Assembly: GCA_950097015.1 (NCBI GenBank)
Contig: CATNEN010000031.1
Location: 744,001 to 808,000 of the forward strand
Direction of reading: 5' to 3'
DNA length: 64,000 bases
Source: Macrostomum hystrix
Lineage: Eukaryota; Animalia; Platyhelminthes
Numbering within the stretch: the first letter of the stretch is position 1; every line of letters begins with the position of its first letter. The notes under the pieces are model-generated. The model was not told the origin of the DNA. It made no database searches and was given only the letters and a program-made list of their open reading frames with translations. Positions 1 through 12,500 of this stretch are shown one piece after another. The translations under genes and the position numbers were made by a program.

Positions 1-897
1 CATAATCTCTACTCTCTATTATCCTACACAATCTCTACTCTCTATGACCCCACACAATCTCTACTCTCTCTGATCCCAGACAATCTCTACTCTCAATTAT
101 CCTACATAATCTCTACTCTCTATTATCCCACACAATCTCTACTCTCTCTGATCCCAGACAATCTTTACTCTCCCTGATCCCACACAATCTCTACTCTCTC
201 TGATCCCAGGCAATCTCTGCTCTCAATTATCCTACATAATCTCTACTCTCTATTATCCCACACAATCTCTACTCTCTCTGATCCCAGACAATCTTTACTC
301 TCCCTGATCCCACACAATCTCTACTCTCTCTGATCCCACACAATCTCTACTCTCTCTGATCCCCCACAATCTCTACTCTCTCTGATCCCACACAATCTCT
401 ACTCTCTCTGATCCCACACAATCTCTACTCTCTCTGATCCCACACAATCTCTACTCTCTCTGATCCCAGACAATCTCTACTCTCCCTGATCCCACACAAT
501 CTCTACTCTCTCTGATCCCACACAATCTCTACTCTCTCTGATCCCAGACAATCTCTACTCTCTCTGATCCCAGACAATCTCTACTCTCTCTGATCCCACA
601 CAATCTCTACTCTCTCTGATCCCAGACAATCTCTACTCTCTCTGATCCCAGACAATCTCTACTCTCTCTGATCCCAGACAATCTCTACTCTCTCTGATCC
701 CAGACAATCTCTACTCTCTATTATCCTACACAATCTCTACTCTCTATTATCCTACACAATCTCTACTCTCTATTATCCTACACAATCTCTACTCTCTATG
801 ATCCCAGACAATCTCTACTCTCTCTGATCCCAGACAATCTCTACTCTCTATTATCCTACACAATCTCTACTCTCTATGATCCCACACAATCCCTATT
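1..897. repeat. ~26-bp minisatellite (CACAATCTCTACTCTCTCTGATCCCA variants), runs off the window start
   Basis: Direct tandem repetition of the unit, with cacaca/cagaca and TATT variants. Confidence 0.97.
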
Positions 898-1314
898 CTC
901 AAAGAGTGTTCAATCTCTATTCATTTGTTATTTGGCTAGTTTAGTTGGTTTTGTCTCCTGGATGTAGAGCAGAAAATGACCTAGCAACCGACTAAATTCG
1001 CAAATGAAGACATCCCACTGACCAAATAGGTGACAGTCTGCGGACGCGGCTCAGTGAATCCACCAGTGCAGCGAAATTGCTTAATTCTCTCTTCAAAAGG
1101 CAGCCTTGATAAGCAGGGTTACGCAACTCAGCCACGGGCGATAGCGGGCAATCGGTGGGGCTTATTATTTTAATTGCCCAATCTACTAAGCGATTTCTAC
1201 CAGTCCTCATCACCCAATCAGTCACTTCCGTATTTAGCATCTAAATCTTGAGTCTCACGGTTCTATGCTCAAAATGGTTAAATCTGTCCAGTCAAGGAAA
1301 TTCTGCGTATTATG

Positions 1315-1361
1315 CAGGGACAACTAAAACCCTCTAAAACCCAGGGTTTTAGTTGTCCCTG
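1315..1361. mobile_element. 47-bp minimal MITE/hairpin: two 19-bp TIRs (CAGGGACAACTAAAACCCT) with 8-bp TSD GTATTATG
   Basis: Perfect inverted repeat 1315-1333/1343-1361; GTATTATG at 1307-1314 and 1362-1369; same TIR as the element at 11455-12590. Confidence 0.9.
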
Positions 1362-2290
1362 GTATTATGTTGAACGTACAACTTTGACCATAGAACCCCA
1401 TAAACACCTAAACACCATTCACACCCAATTTATGGCACCCAGTAGTATTATTCATTTATTAGTTTCATGGTAAGCTCATTCCTACATCATAGCATCTATA
1501 TCTACGCGCATCTCTATCTCTTGCCATCTCTCACCACTACATAGATGACAGATTTAGAAGTCCCTGTAGCAAACTATGTTATACTCGCACTCACACTTGA
1601 AACTCGTGTGCGAATCTTTAGGACTTGCAGCTGGAACCATTTGTTGCTGGGGTCATCGAGCTCACTCCACGCGGGCGGTCTGGTTTATTACTTCTCTTGA
1701 GAACAGGTCTGCTACTCTCAGCTCGGGTCACCGCCGGCTGCCCAGATGGCGGAGACTCCAGAGGAAAGCCTTGTTGCTGAGGCACGCGTTTGTGGTTCGA
1801 GGCAGCTGCCGACGCTGAGGGACCGTCTGCTCCCCTCCATGCGGACTGCGAACCCAGCGTGAGAATCCCTCCACCCCAAGGGAGAGAAAGACTCACCCAC
1901 GTGCGGGCGCGGACTGCGGGGTTGGCAGGGGAGGCTCGTGGCGTCCGACGCGACCTCCACCCCCTCCGCCCAGGTGACGCCGGTCCTATGGGAGCGATAG
2001 GGGAGTAGGAATTTCCTAGGCAGGTGTGCGCTCTCCATAGACTTAGTGATATCGCAGTCCATGCCTTGGGGCGCGGGCACCCTGGGAACCACAAAGCCAT
2101 GCGAGGTGGCTGCCGGGCCCGCGGCAGGTGACGGGCCGCCCTAGGCAACCCCCGCTTATTCCCTCTCCAGCATTTATAGGCCTAGTTATTAGTTTCTCCT
2201 GGCAGCTGTCGGCGGCCCAGAGACCGCCCAGCAACCGACTTGAATGAACCTCCCCTCTCCAAGGCCCACAGTGAGATCCCGCTTCGCTCA

Positions 2291-2322
2291 CCAATCGCAG
2301 CGCGTCTCGCCAGGCTATATAA
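2291..2322 (+). promoter_or_regulatory. Putative Pol II promoter of the HLH gene (CCAAT at 2291, TATATAA at 2316)
   Basis: Motifs lie ~85-115 bp upstream of ATG 2406 at the end of a GC-rich stretch (~1620-2500). Confidence 0.5.
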
Positions 2323-2405
2323 TCGAAGCTTCGGGTGGACCTCGAGACTGACAGCTCTGCGAAGTTCCCCACATTTAGCAAGTCCATAGATAGAAACTGA
2401 ACCCC

Positions 2406-4589
2406 ATGGCTCAGCAGCTGCTGCTAGGATCGCCAAGGCTTGAGGAAGTGCGCGAGTGCCGGCGACTGCTGCGAGTGCTGCCCCGTGCCGTGCAGTATGA
2501 CGGACCTCTGGTCGCTGAGACTGCTCAGGTGAGCATGTTGCTGATTTTAGAACGTGAGAATGAAGTGAGTGAGAGAATGGAGTGAGTGAGAGAATGGAGT
2601 GAATGAGAGAAGGGAGTGAGGGAGAGAATGGAGTGAGTGAGAGAATGGAGTGAGTGAGAGAAGGGAGTGAATGAGAGAATGGAGTGAATGATAGAATGGA
2701 GTGAATGATAGAATGGAGTGAGTGAGAGAAGGGAGTGAGGGAGAGAATGGAGTGAGTGAGAGAATGGAGTGAGTGAGAGAAGGGAGTGAGTGAGAGAAGG
2801 GAGTGAATGAGAGAATGGAGTGAATGATAGAATGGAGTGAGTGAGAGAAGGGAGTGAGGGAGAGAATGGAGTGAGTGAGAGAAGGGAGTGAGTGAGAGAA
2901 TGGAGTGAGTGAGAGAAGGGAGTGAGTGAGAGAATGGAGTGAGTGAGAGAATGGAGTGAGTGAGAGAATGGAGTGAGTGAGAGAATGGAGTGAATGAGAG
3001 AATGGAGTGAATGATAGAATGGAGTGAGTGAGAGAAGGGAGTGAGGGAGAGAATGGAGTGAGTGAGAGAAGGGAGTGAGTGAGAGAATGGAGTGAGTGAG
3101 AGAATGGATTGAGTGAGAGAAGGGAATGAACTAGAGAATTCTAGTAGTTGATTTTTATGGTTAGTTCAGCAGGGCATGATCTGGTACTGCCAGTAGGTTG
3201 CTATGAATTTGATGTCGAATGTTTTTGACCACCCTTGCATATAATCGCTAATAATATTTTTTGCAAATCTTCATTTTTAGGTGAATGTCGTGCAACAGGC
3301 GGCAGCGTACATCGACCAGCTGCACAGGGAGCTGCTGGCTCGGTTCTTTCCATGTAAGCGCAACTGAAACTGGTTCAGAAAGTCAGACGTACATTTCATA
3401 GGACCCTCTCTAGCAGATTGCTACGGCTACACGGAGAGTTGCAGACTTTTAAAGGCTGAATAATCTTACCTCCCGAAAGATCTGATCCTTCGACAGTCTC
3501 ACCCTAACAAACTGGTCCTTCGACAGTCTCACCCCCAACAAACTGGTCCTTCGACAGTCTCACCCCCAACAAACTGGTCCTTCGACAGTCTCACCCCCAA
3601 CAAACTGGTCCTTCGACAGTCTCACCCCCAACAAACTGGTCCTTCGACAGTCTCACCCCCAACAAACTGGTCCTTCGACAGTCTCACCCCCAACAAACTG
3701 GTCCTTCGACAGTCTCACCCCCAACAAACTGGTCCTTCGACAGTCTCACCCCCAACAAACTGGTCCTTCGACAGTCTCACCCCCAACAAACTGGTCCTTC
3801 GACAGTCTCACCCCCAACAAACTGATCCTTCGACAGTCTCACCCCCAACAAACTGGTCCGTCGACAGTCTCACCCCCAACAAACTAGTCCTTCGACAGTC
3901 TCACCCCCAACAAACTGGTCCTTCGACAGTCTCACCCCCAACAAACTGATCCTTCGACAGTCTCACCCCCAACAAACTGGTCCTTCGACAGTCTCACCCC
4001 CAACAAACTGATCCTTCGACAGTCTCACCCCCAACAAACTGGTCCGTCGACAGTCTCACCCCCAACAAACTGGTCCTTCGACAGTCTCATTCCCAACAAA
4101 CTCGAATCTAACTGGTCCATCGACAAATTCATCCCAAAAAACGGAACCTTCGCCAATCTCAGACCACACCAGGTTCTGGAATCAGACTAGATCTAACTAC
4201 TATCTAACAGGTAGCTGATTGAAGATGTAATTAGTCATACTGGTAGATAATATGACATGTAGTTCAACAGGTGTGATGTCTAACAGTTCACTGACTCGAG
4301 ACTGTAACAGCACTCGAATGTGACCCTGATGCTGAATCGAATTCAGACCACGTTAATGCAAATATTCCCGCATCCCAATCTGCCAGTTGCCGGTGACACG
4401 CGTGGAGTCCAGACTATCGTGGAGAGCCTACTGCCGGCAGATTTCTTTGCAGCCGCCCTCCAGCAGTCACCGTCGAGCCGATGCCGCGACGCCACAGCGC
4501 GGCGCAGTCGAAAACGCGCAGGCCGCAGTCAGCGGAAGCCGAAGCCAATGCGGACAGCTCGGCCGATGAGGCCAACGAAGCGGATCTGA
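2406..4589 (+). CDS. 3-exon gene for a 132-aa helix-loop-helix protein apparently lacking a basic region (ID/emc-like); exons 2406-2528, 3281-3353, 4387-4589
   Basis: GT-AG sites with matching phases (0, then 1); spliced product MAQQLLLGSPRLEEVRECRRLLRVLPRAVQYDGPLVAETAQVNVVQQAAAYIDQLHRELLARFFP... resembles HLH helix1-loop-helix2 (cf. ID KVEILQHVIDYIxDLQ); total 399 nt. Confidence 0.65.
2560..3130. repeat. 17-bp purine-rich minisatellite (GAGTGAGTGAGAGAATG) in HLH intron 1
   Basis: Direct tandem repeats. Confidence 0.95.
3486..4100. repeat. 31-bp minisatellite (TCCTTCGACAGTCTCACCCCCAACAAACTGG) in HLH intron 2
   Basis: About 20 near-identical direct repeats. Confidence 0.96.
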
Positions 4590-5025
4590 TAGAGGAAACT
4601 GGAAGCTTTCAAATCCCTCAGAATGAAAATTTCCCATGAAAACTTTCCCAGCAGATAGAGCAGTCCATTTCCTGTTTATCAATCTGAAATGCACGGTGTC
4701 CCGCTTGCTAGCGTCTGTCTTAGAAATTGATGTTAGATAAGGCATCATTCTTATGCTTCTCTGTATATAGCTGGCCTCTTCTGCATCTCTCTGATGTAAA
4801 CACAATGTGCCATGTTGCAACTGGTCGAATGCCAATGTACACTGTACAGTGTTGCTTTCCTGTACATTCCTGCCGTTTGATTAATTAAACACAAAACTCT
4901 GCAGAAAGATCGCGTAATAAGACAAAGCCGATTCGTTTACTTTATCGTGTGCTTCTACTTGGAAAAAATGCGGCTGCATTTATTAGAATGCGGGCTTCGC
5001 AGCGCTTTGATGCCGATGTAAATAT

Positions 5026-6101
5026 TTACTGCGATTGTGTTTAGTGATACGCGATATAGAAGTCCAATATATACTGCGATTGTGTTTAGTGATACGCGAT
5101 ATAGAATTCCAATATATACTGCGATTGTGTTTAGTGATACGCGATATAGAAGTCCAATATATACTGCGATTGTGTTTAGTGATACGCGATATAGAAGTCC
5201 AATATATACTGCGATTGTGTTTAGTGATACGCGATATAGAAGTCCAATATATACTGCGATTGTGTTTAGTGATACGCGATATAGAAGTCCAATATATACT
5301 GCGATTGTGTTTAGTGATACGCGATATAGAATTCCAATATATACTGCGATTGTGTTTAGTGATACGCGATATAGAAGTCCAATATATACTGCGATTGTGT
5401 TTAGTGATACGCGATATAGAAGTCCAATATATACTGCGATTGTGTTTAGTGATACGCGATATAGAAGTCCAATATATACTGCGATTGTGTTTAGTGAAAC
5501 GCGATATAGAAGTCCAATATATACTGCGATTGTGTTTAGTGATACGCGATATAGAAGTCCAATATATACTGCGATTGTGTTTAGTGATACGCGATATAGA
5601 AGTCCAATATATACTGCGATTGTGTTTAGTGAAACGCGATATAGAAGTCCAATATATACTGCGATTGTGTTTAGTGATACGCGATATAGAAGTCCAATAT
5701 ATACTGCGATTGTGTTTAGTGAAACGCGATATAGAAGTCCAATATATACTGCGATTGTGTTTAGTGAAACGCGATATAGAAGTCCAATATATACTGCGAT
5801 TGTGTTTAGTGAAACGCGATATAGAAGTCCAATATATACTGCGATTGTGTTTAGTGATACGCGATATAGAAGTCCAATATATACTGCGATTGTGTTTAGT
5901 GATACGCGATATAGAATTCCAATATATACTGCGATTGTGTTTAGTGATACGCGATATAGAAGTCCAATATATACTGCGATTGTGTTTAGTGATACGCGAT
6001 ATAGAATTCCAATATATACTGCGATTGTGTTTAGTGATACGCGATATAGAAGTCCAATATATACTGCGATTGTGTTTAGTGAAACGCGATATAGAAGTCC
6101 A
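5026..6101. repeat. 45-bp minisatellite (ATATACTGCGATTGTGTTTAGTGATACGCGATATAGAAGTCCAAT), ~24 copies
   Basis: Direct repeats; accounts for the 365- and 374-aa repetitive ORFs. Confidence 0.97.
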
Positions 6102-6567
6102 ACTCGAGAAACCTATTTTTCAAGTTTTTTAAAAACTAATGAAATTTATCGAAAGCGTTAGTGCTACAAAATGCTTTCTTTAAGTTCTAATGCGAGCCTT
6201 TATTGTGAGATCAAATTGGTTAATATTATATGTTCATTTTATAAAAAACACTACAATATGGATTCACAAGCGCACAGGAGTACAAAGTGTTGCTAAGCCT
6301 GTCATTTAACATTGTGCATTGTGAGATCATTGCAGAAAAGTTATAATAGACTAATAAGGAATATCTAACATTGCATGTTTAATAAAAATACATAAATACT
6401 TTATTGCAGAAATACTACGGTTAATAACAGGTTTTCTGTTTTGCTTGTTTTAGTGATTTGTACTTTGTTACTAATTTGAGTTTTGAAATTGAGTTTATTT
6501 GAATAGTTTTAAGTCAACACAACCTGTGCGTGGGGTCGCTTCCTGACAAACCCAAACGTCTTTCTGA

Positions 6568-9500
6568 TCAGCTGGGCTCGACATCCTCGCTATCAAGGTG
6601 ACCAACAATGGTCAGGTAGATGGTCTCAGTGCTGTCCGCCAGGTCGGTCTCAGTCAGCTGGCCCTTGACTACAGTTGCGTACTCAACTGGCGGGGTGCTC
6701 TGCAAGTGAACGGTTCAGCGACTCGGTTGAAAAAACTTTTTTACAATGTTATAAGCATCTATTGAACAGGGTCACGTGTTCCTAGGTCCTTGAGAGGTCA
6801 ACGTGTTTGCCCGTGGCAAGGTCCCTGAGCTCGACTCCGCAGTGAGGCGCAGCCGTCTTGTCGTGCAATATGCACCCCTTCGGGCCAACCTCCGAGGCAC
6901 AGTGAAATTGTACACTGCCTAACGATGAGAATTCAGGGCAGATGTACACTGCCTGCATACAGTATGTGTGTGTGTGCTCGGGAGTCAGTGGAATAGGCAG
7001 AATTGCCTGTCGCTTGCTGAGGTCAACTGTCCACCAAATGATGCGCCTAATAGCTCGTAATATAGTTTTCGGTGAAAATCAGCTGCCAGTTTTTGCCAAC
7101 GAAACTAGAGTGCTCTGTCTTTTAAACTACGGTACTAAAAGTCCATCTTCTAGTCGTTGCCTAGCCGGGGTAGTTGCCTAGCTGGGGTTGTAGCCTAGCT
7201 GGGGTTGTAGACTAGCCGGGGTTGTAGCCTAGCTGGGGTTGTAGCCTAGCTGGGGTTGTAGCCTAGCTGGGGTTGTAGCCTAGCTGGGGTTGTAGCCTAG
7301 CTGGGGTTGTAGCCTAGCTGGGGTTGTAGACTAGCCGGGGTTGTAGCCTAGCTGGGGTTGTAGCCTAGCTGGGGTTGTAGCCTAGCTGGGGTTGTAGCCT
7401 AGCTGGGGTTGTAGCCTAGCTGGGGTTGTAGACTAGCCGGGGTTGTAGCCTAGCTGGGGTTGTAGCCTAGCTGGGGTTGTAGCCTAGCTGGGGTTGTAGC
7501 CTAGCTGGGGTTGTAGCCTAGCTGGGGTTGTAGCCTAGCTGGGGTTGTAGCCTAGCTGGGGTTGTAGCCTAGCTGGGGTTGTAGCCTAGCTGGGGTTGTA
7601 GCCTAGCTGGGGTTGTAGCCTAGCTGGGGTTGTAGCCTAGCTGGGGTTGTAGCCTGCTGGGGTTGTAGCCTAGCTGGGGTTGTAGCCTAGCTGGGGTTGT
7701 AGCCTAGCTGGGGTTGTAGCCTAGCTGGGGTTGTAGCCTAGCTGGGGTTGTAGCCTAGCTGGGGTTGTAGACTAGCTGGGGTTGTAGCCTAGCTGGGGTT
7801 GTAGCCTAGCTGGGGTTGTAGCCTAGCTGGGGTTGTAGACTAGCCGGGGTTGTAGCCTAGCCGGGGATGTAGCCTAGCTGGGGTTGTTGCCTAGCTGGGG
7901 TTGTAGCCTAGCCGGGGTTGTTGCCTAGCTGGGGTTGTAGCCTAGCTGGGGTTGTAGCCTAGCCGGGGTCGTTGCCTAGCTGGGGTTGTAGCCTAGCTGG
8001 GGTTGTAGCCTAGCTGGGGTTGTAGCCTAGCTGGGGTCGTAGCCTAGCTGGGGTTGTAGCCTAGCTGGGGTTGTAGCCTAGCTGGGGTTGTAGCCTAGCT
8101 GGGGTTGTAGCCTAGCTGGGGTTGTAGCCTAGCTGGGGTTGTAGCCTAGCCGGGGTTGTAGCCTAGCCGGGGTTGTAGACTAGCTGGGGTTGTAGCCTAG
8201 CCGGGGTTGTAGCCTAGCCGGGGTTGTAGCCTAGCTGGGGTTGTAGCCTTGCCGGGGTTGTAGCCTAGTATTTAGAGAATCGGACTTAAATGTCGGCGGT
8301 TCGATGCCCCGACTCAACTGGAACAATTAGTGTCCTTTAGCAAAGCACTTAACTCTGCATTGCTTCAGTTCACCCAGCTGTTAAATGGGTACCAGCATTA
8401 GCTGGGATAATTGAGGGTGGTTGTGGCGTCCCACCAGCCCATCGACTGTACAGCCGTACGCAGCCTTCAGATGCGCCACGCAATAGCTGAGGCTGTGACA
8501 TCGGCTGCATCTGGCCCAATTGGGACAGGTGGAGTCAATTATTATTATTGCTTTATGCACCCAAAGTGAAGTAGCCGTAATGACTCACTTTATGTAAGAA
8601 CACATGCAAATAATCGGAGCCACACGAGTATAATAATAATAATAAATTTCTGTTTGTTTGCCAAACAGAGGGTTAATAGGCTACCGTGAATAAGTTATGT
8701 GTCCGCATGAACTCGGTCTCCGCGTCCGGCGAACCACTTCGCTTTCGAGTCATCGGACTTGGCGTTTCAATCCGACCCGCGCCGCTGCCGTCCGAATTGC
8801 TGCCTGCAACTTCGCGGCCGCCAATAAATCGGAACCAGAGCCGCAGGAATATACAATTGACCGACACCAGGACGACACCAAAGACCAGCCCCAGTGCCAG
8901 CAGAGATCCGAATGAGGCGAAGAATGCTCCACCCGCTGGGCTCCCGGATGAGTGCGCGGCTTCAAATTCAGGTTCAAGTACTATCGGTAATTTATTGCAA
9001 ATCTACTAGCCTGAATTATCCAAGTGCTTTACAGTATATGTACTTCAAATTTAAAAAAACATTGCAACAAAATATAACAATACTTTACGAAGACTCACAT
9101 GGTGAGGCATATCTAGAAGTAGTAGCCACTGATGATTTGACTTGAAATATGTAGTCATTGTCATCGCGGAATTCCGCAAACTCCTGTGTTACTGAGCAGG
9201 TAATGTTGGCCGTCAGAGAACGCTTGTCGATTTCAACCTGAACCGAGTGCGTGCCGAAGCGGAATCCATCCGAGTTCAATGAACTATTCGAGACCACCGG
9301 CTGAAAAAACGATTTAAAAATGGCATCTATTGGCGATGCATTTTGAAACGCAAAACAGGTTCAAAGGGGTTTGTCGTTTTGAGCTCACGTATCGAATTCC
9401 AGAGTCGGTGAGCAGCGAGCAGTTCACCCGCGGGCTCGGGTTTCCATCGGTCACATTGACGTGAACAAGCACCGTGTTTCCTGACATTGTTGATCCTTTC

Positions 9501-12500
9501 AGATCCACCTGGGACCGGACTGTGACGCAGAAATAAAAAGGAATCAACATGTGCTTTTATGTTGTAATTAAGTAATAATGAAGTTGTTATGAAGTACGAG
9601 TAATTATTACTTCTTGTTCTACGAGAACTCTCACAATCAAACAACTCAATGAAGGCTCAATATGACCGGACTGTCAGGCATAACAAAAAGCCAAGTCTCA
9701 CTTGACCATCATTTGGTAGCCCATAAGATATAATAGTAGTCTGTAGAACATCAAAGCTTCGAGGAAATCGCCTAATTATCTATGATACATATAATAGACT
9801 CAACTTCTCAGCTTAGAAAGCTCCCAATTTCTCAGCTTACCAACGATATTTGGCACTTGGAAAACCTTTGCGTCTGAACTCGCTCCTTGAAGCTTTGATG
9901 TGCACGATATAGATTTTCCGTTTGTATCTGCATTGACGCCGAGATTAAACTCAGAGACGAGGCTCATTTTGTGGCTGCTGGTTGAGCCGTTCAGCAGCTT
10001 CTGTCGATTAAACGATCAATTTTTTTATTACGCTTTTTGCTGATTTGGATTTTTCATTTTCTATGACTTTATAAATCAAGATCGAACGTTGATGATCGCA
10101 ATTCTTCAGGTACTAGTATTTAGAATGTTTTCATGAAGCTACAAATACAAAAGGAGAGGAGTTAAAAATGCAGTCACTCACTTCACATGTGGGAAGCAGA
10201 GCAAGTCCTACAGTATTATTCTTGTTTTGCTTCCCATCCGTCACCAGCCTGCAGGTGTGGCTTGGGATACTAGGACGCGCATCGTTTGTGATGAAGCTGA
10301 ACCGAAACTCTGTTCCTACGTTGCGTGGCTCGATGTATTCTCCACTTGACTTAGCTGAAACAGGTACAAAAAGTGTCGCTAAAGTAAATGAACGAGAAAA
10401 TTAAATAGTGTCGTAATGAAAAAATTTCTTGGCTGTTCAGCTCTGAGTCGCTTGCAGTCTGCAGTCAAAGAAACAGTGACGCACCAATGAAGCCATTGAC
10501 GAATGGTTTGGACCACAGAATATAGAAGCCGTGCTTCTATCACATTGACGAATGGTTTGGACACTCAATATTTACCATAGACAGCGTGCAATAATGCTCC
10601 AGTTAGCGTGCAATAGTACAACATATTAAAGAAGCTACATTGTGTATTCTGTGGTTTGGACACTAGCTGAGACAAAATAATGCCAGGATTTACCATAGAC
10701 AGCGTGAAATAATGCTCGCATGCATTTTGTTGACAAAAATACAATTATCCAACCGTCAGCGTGCAGATAATGTTGAATTATTGCACGCTAACTGGAGCAT
10801 TATTGCACGCTGTCTATGGTAAGTATTGAGTGTCCAAACTATTCGTCAATGTGATAGAAGCACGGCTTTCTCATGCAGCTACGCCATAGATACGAGTGCG
10901 CGAAGCGCACTCAAAAGCCGTGCGCTATCTCTCCATTGCTTGTCTATAGCACGGTTTCGTAGGACATAGTCTATGTTAGTCTGGTAATAAAACTATAAAA
11001 CCTTCATTTCATACCATAGACATAGGTGTATCTACTATATACATACACTTTTTTCTGAAAAATTAATTTTAGCTGGCCATGTTGGGTCGCCGCCCCCACA
11101 TCCCGGAACGGCACTGAACACTACCATAGACAAAACGATAAGAAATCAAGAAAAACTTAAGGACGGCATTGTTGCACGGACAGAAAAACTATGTATCTAT
11201 AGTTACATCATTGTACACTTTTGGAGGGGCTTTTTCCCAGCCACCAATGAAGCCTGATTGTTGCACGCCTTTACTGTCTATGTCCCGAACCCCAGCGGCT
11301 CGTCTCGCTGTCTTACAGCCTTCCCCAAACTAAGTTCTCTTGCTGCCCTAAGTCAGGCGGTCTACTTTTGGACCATAGACATTTCGGGCGTGCACCAATC
11401 GACAAAATAATCGATTGCTGCACGCCCCGCGAGACCGCTGGCTATATCCGCTCCCAGGGACAACTAAAACCCTCGGGACGCGAAACGAGCCAATTCATGG
11501 CAAAAAATCTGAGGGGCTCGCTTAAAAGTATTGTTCTATGGCTTTTTCAAGTCTTCTCTGCTATCAGGCATTAACGGTTAGATTAAATATAAAGCGAGTA
11601 AAGTAAATATAGTAAAGCGAGGCAATGTCAAGGCACCGAAATCGGTGTATGCAGTTTAAATGCACGAATCAGAAAGTTGGGTGAGACAAAAATTCGAACA
11701 GACAGGTCTCCATCTTTATCTAACGTAAACAAGTAAACGTCTTCGTTCAGAATAGCTGTGTTCAGTGCATGTCGAGATACGACATCCGAATTTTTCACCT
11801 CAGCTCGAAAACTTTCCCATGCCGGCAAAAAATCAAGCAGCTGAAAAGCGTCCATCTCATCGATGTCGCCGCACCTCGCGTCAGAAAGAACACCGCGCTT
11901 TTCGGCCTGTCGGTCCTGGTCTAAAAAAAGAGTAAAAATAAAAGTAAGATAATTGTGAGCTAAAAAATCGATATAGACGATAAGTGTTGAGCAATCTTTA
12001 AGTTTCGTACCTTGGTTCTGAACAAAACACGAGCTAGGAACTCCATTAAAAACAGAAGGAGGATTAATTGGCCTTTCGGTAGAGTTTTTCTTGACCATTG
12101 GAGCATCGCTTGGCCAATGCTTTACGCACACGCCCATATTGTCAGTCACTCTCTAAAATTATACATTTTGGGTTTCAAGTTGTTTGGACGAGACTGGCAT
12201 GCAGAATTGAAGCGGAATTATGCAGCAGTAATGACAGCAAATGATCTGGTTTCTTACCTGGAGAATATTTGGCAGCGCCTTTCTCCATCGCTCTCGCTCC
12301 TGTGGATCTCTGGGAAACGCAAATATCCGTGTTCGAACGGCTTCAGAGTTGTAATTTGACGAGCACGGAAATACGCTGCACTTTCTTGGCATTTCATCAA
12401 GTGAATAAAAAATGCTTCTCTTGGTATAGTTCAGCTTAGCTTCACTGCTGGCCGCAGCTAAAGCAATTTTAATTTGCTTGATAGCAGAGAAGACTCGAAA

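Noticed and set aside
1576-2436. Overlapping GC-rich ORFs, one with an HSTR motif suggesting a DIRS tyrosine recombinase
   Set aside because: No other recombinase motifs; better explained as the GC-rich promoter region of the HLH gene.
3486-4100. Possible CRISPR-like array (31-bp repeats; likewise the 45- and 33-bp arrays)
   Set aside because: Repeats are head-to-tail with no unique spacers; eukaryotic context and no cas genes.
5035-6161. 365- and 374-aa repetitive ORFs
   Set aside because: By-products of a stop-free 45-bp minisatellite; no unique coding context.
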